A stretch of DNA of 64,000 nucleotides from Bacteroidales bacterium UBA7009. GTDB taxonomy: Bacteria; Bacteroidota; Bacteroidia; Bacteroidales; Paludibacteraceae. Location of the stretch: contig DJXH01000058.1 in NCBI GenBank assembly GCA_002449665.1, positions 12,165 through 76,164 on the forward strand, in the 5' to 3' direction. This document shows, one piece after another, positions 19,604 through 26,444 of this stretch (the first letter of the stretch is position 1; every line of letters begins with the position of its first letter). The notes under the pieces are model-generated. The model was given only the letters and a program-made list of their open reading frames with translations. It made no database searches and was not told the origin of the DNA. A program made the position numbers and the translations under genes.

Positions 19604-21892
19604 TCAACGGCGGCGTTCGAGACGTGCGCCATCGCCATCAAAGTCACGGTCATTGTGGCGCTGTTCGGGACGCGGACCACGGCGTTCGGGGCGCGGACCA
19701 CGGTCGCCTCTATCAGGGCGTGCCGGACGTTGAGGCTCTACATAGTCAGCGGGTTTCTCTTTGAGAGCGCGAGCAGAGAGACGGAACTTGCCGGTCTTCT
19801 CGTCCACTTCGAGTAGTTTAATACGAATCTTGTCACCTTCTTTTATGCCGGTCTCTTCCATTGTTTCATAGCGTTTCCAATCAATCTCCGAGATATGGAG
19901 CAGACCCTCTTTGCCGGGCATAAACTCCACGAAACAGCCATAAGGCATAAGGCTCTTGACTGTAGCCTCGTATATCTCACCCACTTCGGGAAGAGCGACA
20001 ATAGCTTTAATCTTAGCCATAGCGGCTGCCATTGCCTCGCCGTTGTTGCTTGCTATTTCCACTTTACCTCCACGCTCGTCTTCATCAATAGAGATGACTG
20101 CACCTGTCTCTGCCTGAATACCTTGGATAATCTTGCCGCCGGGACCTATCACTGCACCAATCATATCCTTCGGGATATAGAATGTGGTGATACGCGGTGC
20201 ATGAGGTTTGAGGTCAGGACGAGGAGCAGGCATAGTCTCAAGAATCTTGTCAAGGATATACATACGAGCCTGATGTGCCTGTGCAAGAGCGTTCTCAAGA
20301 ATCTCATAACTCAATCCGTCCACCTTTATATCCATTTGGCAGGCGGTCAGACCATCGCGTGTACCCGTGGTCTTAAAGTCCATATCACCGAGGTGGTCTT
20401 CGTCGCCGAGAATATCAGACAGGATAGCGTAGTTAGTACCCTTGTTCTCGGAGATAAGTCCCATAGCGATGCCCGAAACGGGTTTCTTGATAGGCACACC
20501 GGCATCCATAAGTGCGAGAGTACCTGCACATACGGTAGCCATAGAAGACGAACCGTTGGACTCAAGTATATCGCTTACAACGCGAACGCTATATGGGAAA
20601 TCTTCAGGAATCATATTTTTCAGAGCGCGGCATGCAAGATTTCCATGACCTATCTCACGACGACCTACGCCACGTTGCGCTTTGGCTTCACCCGTAGCAA
20701 AGGGCGGGAAATTGTAGTGAAGCAAGAAACGCTCTGAACCTTGGATAAGAGCCTCGTCCACCAACTTCTCATCACGGCTCGTACCAAGAGTAACCGTTGA
20801 GAGCGACTGTGTCTCACCGCGAGTAAAGATACTGCTGCCGTGAGGTCCGGGAAGCGGACTAACCTCACACCAGATGGGGCGTATGTCTGTGGTCTTACGA
20901 CCGTCAAGACGCTTACCTTCGTCAAGCACGGCACGGCGCATAGCCTCTTTTTCCACATCGTGATAGTAGCGGTCAACCATAGCGGCAACTTCGTCTAACT
21001 CTATACCGAGAGCCTCGGCGCGCTGCTGCATATAGTCGGCTTTCTCCGTCTTGAAGTCCTCACGTATCTGCGAGAACATCTCCTCACGGTGATGCTTGTC
21101 CGTATCAGCAGACGTGGCTTGAGCGTAAGCGCGGTCGTAACTGAAAGCGTGAACAGCCTCACGCAGTTCGTCATCATTCACCTCGTGGCAATACTCGCGT
21201 TTAGTGTCTTTGCCGTATGCGTGCATCATCTCGTTGATAGCAAGACACTGGGGCTTGATAGCCTCATGAGCGGCTTTAATAGCCTCAAGCATAACAGATT
21301 CAGGCACTTCCTTCATCTCGCCCTCAACCATCATAATGTTGTCATACGTAGCGGCAACCATCAGCTCAAGGTCGGCATGCTCGCACTGTTCAAAGGTGGG
21401 GTTGATGATAAACTTGCCGTTTACGCGTGCCACGCGCACTTCACTGACGGGACCTTCAAAAGGTATGTCAGAGCAGGCGAGTGCTGCACCGGCTGCAAGA
21501 CCTGCTATCGACTCCGGCATATCTATATTGTCGGCCGAATAGAGGGTTACATTTACAAACGTATCTGCGTGATAGTTAGCAGGGAAGAGAGGACGAAGGG
21601 CACGGTCGATAAGACGTGCTATCAGTATTTCATAGTCGGAGGCTCTGCCCTCGCGGCGTGTGAAACCACCGGGGAAGCGGCCTGCACTTGCAAATTTCTC
21701 TTTATACTCTACCGTCAGCGGCATAAAATCGGTACCCGGCATAGCATCTTTTGCACTACAAACAGTAGCGAGTACCATCGTGTTACCTATGGTAGCCATC
21801 ACCGCACCATCTGCTTGCTTGGCAAGTTTGCCCGTCTCAAGAGTGATGACCCTACCATCGGGAAGTTTGATTTCTTTTCTAACAATGTTCAT
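19604..21892 (-). CDS. pnp: Polyribonucleotide nucleotidyltransferase (PNPase) with Arg/Pro-rich C-terminal extension
   Basis: Two RNase PH domains ([22 protein letters not shown]), a KH domain ([16 protein letters not shown]), an S1 domain ([20 protein letters not shown]), and a ~50-aa basic tail. Confidence 0.97.
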   Translation of the reverse strand: MNIVRKEIKLPDGRVITLETGKLAKQADGAVMATIGNTMVLATVCSAKDAMPGTDFMPLTVEYKEKFASAGRFPGGFTRREGRASDYEILIARLIDRALRPLFPANYHADTFVNVTLYSADNIDMPESIAGLAAGAALACSDIPFEGPVSEVRVARVNGKFIINPTFEQCEHADLELMVAATYDNIMMVEGEMKEVPESVMLEAIKAAHEAIKPQCLAINEMMHAYGKDTKREYCHEVNDDELREAVHAFSYDRAYAQATSADTDKHHREEMFSQIREDFKTEKADYMQQRAEALGIELDEVAAMVDRYYHDVEKEAMRRAVLDEGKRLDGRKTTDIRPIWCEVSPLPGPHGSSIFTRGETQSLSTVTLGTSRDEKLVDEALIQGSERFLLHYNFPPFATGEAKAQRGVGRREIGHGNLACRALKNMIPEDFPYSVRVVSDILESNGSSSMATVCAGTLALMDAGVPIKKPVSGIAMGLISENKGTNYAILSDILGDEDHLGDMDFKTTGTRDGLTACQMDIKVDGLSYEILENALAQAHQARMYILDKILETMPAPRPDLKPHAPRITTFYIPKDMIGAVIGPGGKIIQGIQAETGAVISIDEDERGGKVEIASNNGEAMAAAMAKIKAIVALPEVGEIYEATVKSLMPYGCFVEFMPGKEGLLHISEIDWKRYETMEETGIKEGDKIRIKLLEVDEKTGKFRLSARALKEKPADYVEPQRPARPDRGDRGPRPERRGPRPEQRHNDRDFDGDGARLERRR
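19674..19715. repeat. Two tandem 21-nt units inside the pnp 3' end, encoding RGPRPE(R/Q) twice
   Basis: TTCGGGACGCGGACCACGGCG at 19674-19694 and TTCGGGGCGCGGACCACGGTC at 19695-19715 differ at 2 positions. Confidence 0.8.
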
Positions 21893-21977
21893 TGTTTTGA
21901 ATTGTTGTTTTAGGTTGTTTTAATAAGGACACCGTTTTGTGTCCAAGTTAATTTTTCAGACTCATACAAATCCGCCG

Positions 21978-22009
21978 CAAAAGTACAAAAAAAATGCCGA
22001 ACACACAAA
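21978..22009 (-). promoter_or_regulatory. Putative pnp promoter (-33 TTTG, 20-nt spacer, -7 TACTTTTG), leaving a ~80-nt 5' UTR
   Basis: On the minus strand TACTTTTG is at 21985-21978 and TTTG at 22009-22006. The UTR contains a 6-bp hairpin, GGACAC/GTGTCC, at 21927-21944. Confidence 0.5.
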
Positions 22010-22084
22010 AAATGGTGGAAATAAGGAGATTTAGTGCTATGTTTGCGGTACAAAACATATTTTTTTCAAAAAAAATGCGCAAAC

Positions 22085-22117
22085 ATTTGCACAGTATAAA
22101 AATTTGCCGTACCTTTG
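22085..22117 (+). promoter_or_regulatory. Putative tRNA-Asp promoter (-33 TTTG, 21-nt spacer, -7 TACCTTTG)
   Basis: TTTG at 22085-22088 and TACCTTTG at 22110-22117, 30 nt upstream of the tRNA 5' end. Confidence 0.55.
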
Positions 22118-22146
22118 CACCCGCTTTTGAAAAGGAGCAGCCAATT

Positions 22147-22220
22147 GGTGCGGTAGTTCAGTTGGTTAGAATACCGGCCTGTCACGCCGTAGGTCGCGAG
22201 TTCGAGTCTCGTCCGCACCG
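22147..22220 (+). tRNA. tRNA-Asp (anticodon GUC)
   Basis: The cloverleaf folds by hand: acceptor GGTGCGG/CCGCACC, D arm GTTC/GAAT, anticodon loop CTGTCAC (GTC), T arm GCGAG-TTCGAGT-CTCGT. It is very close to E. coli tRNA-Asp. CCA is not encoded. Confidence 0.93.
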
Positions 22221-22229
22221 CAAAAAAAT

Positions 22230-22264
22230 AAGAGAGTTACGTTTTGTAACTCTCTTATTTTTTT
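22230..22264. terminator. Bidirectional intrinsic terminator between tRNA-Asp and the convergent GH13 gene
   Basis: 11-bp perfect stem AAGAGAGTTAC / GTAACTCTCTT with a 5-nt loop. It is flanked by an A-run upstream and a T-run downstream, so it can work on both strands. Confidence 0.8.
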
Positions 22265-22286
22265 GCGGTTTTATCACTTCACTTTT

Positions 22287-24809
22287 CTACTTTACCACTC
22301 TGCCGAGGGCATCGTAGGTGACACCTTCACGGATGATATAAAGTTGTCCGTTATATATAACTTTTTGTGCTTTGACAGGATTAGCAATCGGCTCAACGAA
22401 GTCTAAGTCTGTTGTATAGTCGTAGGCAGACGGCACGGAAGGCAGTTTGACCGATGAGCCGGTAAAGATACGGAACTCGTTGGGTTGCAAAGTATAAGAC
22501 GATTGTGCTTTGATGCCGTCAGCATAGTAGTCGTACCACGTACCTTCGGGCAGGGTGATGTTGAGCGTTTTAGTAGCGGAGAAGTTGGCTACGGCATAGA
22601 CATCATTGCCCCACTGAACGAAGCGTTCTTGTGCTCCGGCATAGAGTTTGCTTGCGGTAGGATTGCCTTCAAACAATTTGGGTATCAAACGTGTGCGCAG
22701 TTGTATGGCTTGTGCGAGACGTTGATAAGCCAGCATACGAGATCCTTCACGGAACCAACCTGCTGCTTCGGGGCGGTATTTGGTGTTCATCTTAAACTCT
22801 GCCGTATCTTTTTTGCTGCCGTTTGTATAGATATATTCGGCTTTGACAGGCATTTTATACGGGTTCCTTCCCCAATCTGCCTTGCTGTTCTGCCATTTGG
22901 AGAAGTCGTATGCGAGTTCGTCAAACTGATAGAAGAGTTGCGGTCCGTCCATAAGACACTGCAAACCTATCACAGCCGGTACACGTCCTGCGCGGTCGGC
23001 TTCGCTTGAGGTAAGCGTACCTTCACCCCATTGTTTGGCTTTGAAGAAGGGGCGTTCTTCATCGTGGTTGTTGCAGTAAGAGACATAGTTATCAAGGTTG
23101 GCATCCGACAGTTTATCTCCTGTGAGCCAAGCACCTGCTGCCTGCTCGAAGGCGTCGGCGGTATTCTGCCAGCACATCATACCTGCCTCAACCAATTTCG
23201 GGCGGTCGGTTTTCATATTGCCACCCCAGTGTTCAAGCATAAGGTAAGAGCCCGGGGAAACGGACTGCATAACATCGTAATACTCGTTGATGTTTTTAAG
23301 CGCTGTATTGGTGGTGCCGCACAATCCGTGAGATAGGTCGAAGCGGTAGCCGTCCACCTTATACTCTGTGAGCCAATAGGCGACAGCGCGGCGGAACATA
23401 TCCTTAGCGGGTGCAAAGTCATGGTTCCAGTCCTGATATACATTATCGGAGTGCGGGACACGCGAATCAATATTAAACCAAGGGTTGAAGCGCAGGTCGG
23501 TAATAGTCTCGTTGCTTGAGGTCCACGGATAGAGTTTATTCATCGGGTTCTGCCCTGTGGCGTGGTTGAAGACCATATCAAGGACGACGGCGATGCCGCG
23601 TTTGTGGCACTCGTCAACGAGCAGTTTGAGGTCTTCGGGCGAACCGTAAGTTTTGTCCACGGCGAAATAGTGGTTAGGCGAATAGCCCCACGACTCATTG
23701 CCGTCAAACTCTGTAACGGGCATCAGTTCGAGACAGTTGATACCGAGGTTAGATATATAGTCCAACCTGTCTAACAAAGCGGGCAGGCTGTGGTAGGGGG
23801 TGAAATCATATACCCAAGTCTCGTATATGATGAGGTTGTTTTTGTCGGGGCGCACGAAGTTGACTGTAGCATCCGACCACTGGTAGGCGGGTTTGCCAGG
23901 CTGAATGACGGTTACATAGCCGTTGTCCGCGCCGGAAAGGGGATAGCCTATAAGGTCGGGGTGTAAAGTGCGTGGTTCATAGTGGTCATCGGGGTGAATG
24001 AGTTTTTCGGAGAAGAGGTCAGAAATCTGTTTTTTCACTCCGTCAGCGCGCATTACGGCATACTGGAAGCGATATTCTTTGCCGCTTTCAAGTCCGTTGA
24101 GGGTAATCCAGAAATAGTTGCCGTCGCGATAGAGTTGGTAGTCATTATTTAGTTTCCAGTCGGTCATATCGCCGATAAGAAAGACGTGTTGAGCAGGTTC
24201 AAGATTTGAGTTATTGTTTGCAGTTTTGTCGCCTGCGGCAAAGGTGCAGAGTGTAACGGATGTGCCGTCTTCGCCGTAGTATATACCGTTAACGACTCCG
24301 GCGGGGCGCGGTTTTTCTACAACAGAAGCGGGGGTAAAGTTTTTCCATATATCGTCATCGGGGGTCTCTTTACCTATATATACGAGTATATCTCCGCCTG
24401 AAGTCGTTTTGCCTTCGAGGGAGTTGTTGCCCTTGCCGTTGTGGAAGACCATAACGATAGCAGTAATTTCTTCTGTAGTCGGGCAGGAGAAATAGGTATA
24501 GAGGTTGTCAATGGTGAGTTGCCAGAGGTTGCCTGTTTTGGTCCATTGCGGTTCGGTGGTCGTTCCCCAAGCATCGTTCTTAATATGTTTCCAGTCGTGT
24601 ATGTCTTTGGATGAGGCGGTGATCAGTCCTATATGGGAGTAACATTCTGTGGCAGTTGCCATACCGCCATTGCCTTTGGTGGGGTCGAAGGTGAGGATGA
24701 TTTGACCGTCATAATTGACAGGTATAGGAGATGGAGATGATACTACCTGTGCTGTAAGAGAGACTAAAGTGAGTGTAACAGCAGCGATAAACGTAAAGAG
24801 ACGTTTCAT
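22287..24809 (-). CDS. Secreted GH13 alpha-glucan hydrolase with CBM48-like module (pullulanase/amylase type) and conserved C-terminal tail
   Basis: Signal peptide MKRLFTFIAAVTLTLVSLTAQ. GH13 regions VVLDMVFNHATG, VDGYRFDLSHG, MLEHWG and YCNNHDEER. An upstream E-set/CBM48-like segment (GKEYRFQYAV...). Tail KVIYNGQLYIIREGVTYDALGRVVK. Confidence 0.88.
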   Translation of the reverse strand: MKRLFTFIAAVTLTLVSLTAQVVSSPSPIPVNYDGQIILTFDPTKGNGGMATATECYSHIGLITASSKDIHDWKHIKNDAWGTTTEPQWTKTGNLWQLTIDNLYTYFSCPTTEEITAIVMVFHNGKGNNSLEGKTTSGGDILVYIGKETPDDDIWKNFTPASVVEKPRPAGVVNGIYYGEDGTSVTLCTFAAGDKTANNNSNLEPAQHVFLIGDMTDWKLNNDYQLYRDGNYFWITLNGLESGKEYRFQYAVMRADGVKKQISDLFSEKLIHPDDHYEPRTLHPDLIGYPLSGADNGYVTVIQPGKPAYQWSDATVNFVRPDKNNLIIYETWVYDFTPYHSLPALLDRLDYISNLGINCLELMPVTEFDGNESWGYSPNHYFAVDKTYGSPEDLKLLVDECHKRGIAVVLDMVFNHATGQNPMNKLYPWTSSNETITDLRFNPWFNIDSRVPHSDNVYQDWNHDFAPAKDMFRRAVAYWLTEYKVDGYRFDLSHGLCGTTNTALKNINEYYDVMQSVSPGSYLMLEHWGGNMKTDRPKLVEAGMMCWQNTADAFEQAAGAWLTGDKLSDANLDNYVSYCNNHDEERPFFKAKQWGEGTLTSSEADRAGRVPAVIGLQCLMDGPQLFYQFDELAYDFSKWQNSKADWGRNPYKMPVKAEYIYTNGSKKDTAEFKMNTKYRPEAAGWFREGSRMLAYQRLAQAIQLRTRLIPKLFEGNPTASKLYAGAQERFVQWGNDVYAVANFSATKTLNITLPEGTWYDYYADGIKAQSSYTLQPNEFRIFTGSSVKLPSVPSAYDYTTDLDFVEPIANPVKAQKVIYNGQLYIIREGVTYDALGRVVK

Positions 24810-24854
24810 AGTAATAGATATTTTGTGAGATTATTATAAGTTTTTTATGCGTGA

Positions 24855-24881
24855 ATAAGGGCGGTAGTCAGCCGCCCTTAT
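24855..24881 (-). terminator. GC-rich 10-bp hairpin without U-tract, 18 nt downstream of the 473-aa gene (putative terminator or RNA-stability element)
   Basis: ATAAGGGCGG-7 nt-CCGCCCTTAT. It is homologous to the hairpin at 26409-26435, sharing the core GGGCGGCTGA.TAC.CGCC on the minus strand. Confidence 0.5.
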
Positions 24882-24899
24882 CCTATGTTGTGCTAATGA

Positions 24900-26321
24900 T
24901 TAGCGAACAACTGCACCTTGTGCGTTGTAGAGTCTGCCATCACGGAGGATGTAGAGCTGACCGTCAATCATCATCTTGCCTTCGGCTTGTGCTTCACCGT
25001 TGATGGTGTCAATGCCGGTTGACTCACCACCTTCTTCTGCGATAGTAAGGATGGTAACTTGAATATTGCTATTATAGAAACCTACAAGACCTTTGATAGT
25101 ATATGTGGCAGTTTCGTCCAATTCCTCAATCAGACTGCTCTTGTCGTAGACATTGAACTCTACTTCATTGAACGTACCGATGTAGTTCTTTGCAGTTTCT
25201 GAGGCAACGAGGCTAACGCCATGATACATAAGGATGTAGTTAACATCAGTTGCAACGGGAACTGATACAGCATCATCGATAGCAGGAACATCACCTTTGG
25301 TAATTTTCAAGTCTGCGAAAGATGTGGAAGGAATGACCTCAGGAGTGGATTTATAGATATCTATTTTACCTGCCAAACCGGCTTCTACATGATCACCGGC
25401 TTCCAGACCGTAATTGCTCTTGAAGATCTGGGTCATACCGGTCTCGTCTTTAATATAGATGTTGCCACCGGAAACATAAACTACATCAAAAGCACCAAGG
25501 ACAACCTCTGTATCTTTATCGGCTGCATTGGCTTCAGCACAAGTGGTGTAAGTAACCTCTGTCTTGGTGATATAGATTTCGTTGTTTTCAAAAGCAACAA
25601 GTTTGATATAGAAGTTGTAGATACCATCTTCTTTTACGCTGAAAGTCATATCGTTGGCTTCAACGAGGTCTGCACCTTGCATAATTGTGCCTGTGAAAGC
25701 AACCTCACCGCAATAGCTGTACAGAGAGATAACGTCGGTGGTGGTGAGAGAGAGGTTCTCTACTTCCCATTGTTCGCCGCCGCCGATAGCCTCACCTTTG
25801 GTACCGCGAACAAACTGGTCGTTAACCATCAGACCATAGTTGTCGGTGCAAACGACCTCGCCGCCTTCGGAAGTAGTAACAGTCAATGTGTTTATTTGAA
25901 CGGTACTTTTAATGATGTTGAAAGTAACGAGATTTGCTTCTCCTGCCCAAGTTTTTTCTGCTCCATCATAACCATCGGCAGTAACATAAGTTGAAGTCAG
26001 ATTACTACCTGCAAACTCAATGCCTGTAATATTTGCACCATTTTTGGTAGAAACGGTAAGCCTAGCATCTTTATAACCACGAAGGTTAATTACTCCAGTG
26101 TTGGTGTTAGAAAAGAAACGGAAGCCATTACCTTGAGAAAAATTTACGGTAAGAACTACATTCCCAAAAGTAATTTGTTCTCCATCCTCAACTTGGGTGA
26201 ATTCACCTTTTGCAGGGTTGGTATAACCAAACCCTGAAGCATCAGAGAAATCAAAAGTCACCTGAGCCATAGCACCTACTGCCATTACGGCAGCAACAAA
26301 CAAAGAAAGAATTTTCTTCAT
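24900..26321 (-). CDS. Secreted non-catalytic protein of the starch operon (uncharacterised beta-rich modules plus conserved C-terminal tail)
   Basis: Signal peptide MKKILSLFVAAVMAVGAMAQ. No catalytic signature. One module (VCTDNYGLMVND...GIYNFYIKL) is shared with the 952-aa protein. Tail MMIDGQLYILRDGRLYNAQGAVVR. Confidence 0.7.
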   Translation of the reverse strand: MKKILSLFVAAVMAVGAMAQVTFDFSDASGFGYTNPAKGEFTQVEDGEQITFGNVVLTVNFSQGNGFRFFSNTNTGVINLRGYKDARLTVSTKNGANITGIEFAGSNLTSTYVTADGYDGAEKTWAGEANLVTFNIIKSTVQINTLTVTTSEGGEVVCTDNYGLMVNDQFVRGTKGEAIGGGEQWEVENLSLTTTDVISLYSYCGEVAFTGTIMQGADLVEANDMTFSVKEDGIYNFYIKLVAFENNEIYITKTEVTYTTCAEANAADKDTEVVLGAFDVVYVSGGNIYIKDETGMTQIFKSNYGLEAGDHVEAGLAGKIDIYKSTPEVIPSTSFADLKITKGDVPAIDDAVSVPVATDVNYILMYHGVSLVASETAKNYIGTFNEVEFNVYDKSSLIEELDETATYTIKGLVGFYNSNIQVTILTIAEEGGESTGIDTINGEAQAEGKMMIDGQLYILRDGRLYNAQGAVVR

Positions 26322-26408
26322 AATGTTTTAGTTTTTAATAATTAGTTAATTAGATAATTAAATATATTTCGGCCGGACAGTCTCGCTATCCACCCTTAAA
26401 ATTTGTAA

Positions 26409-26435
26409 GCAGAGGCGGGTATCAGCCGCCCCTGC
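26409..26435 (-). terminator. GC-rich hairpin (10 bp, 1 mismatch) without U-tract, 9 nt downstream of the 952-aa gene
   Basis: GCAGAGGCGG-7 nt-CCGCCCCTGC. The loop and stem core are shared with the 24855-24881 hairpin. Confidence 0.45.
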
Positions 26436-26444
26436 CTTATAAGT

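Noticed and set aside
21994-22317. A 107-aa plus-strand ORF spanning the pnp/tRNA intergenic region.
   Set aside because: It reads straight through the tRNA-Asp gene, its promoter and the terminator hairpin. The translation has no features of a real protein.
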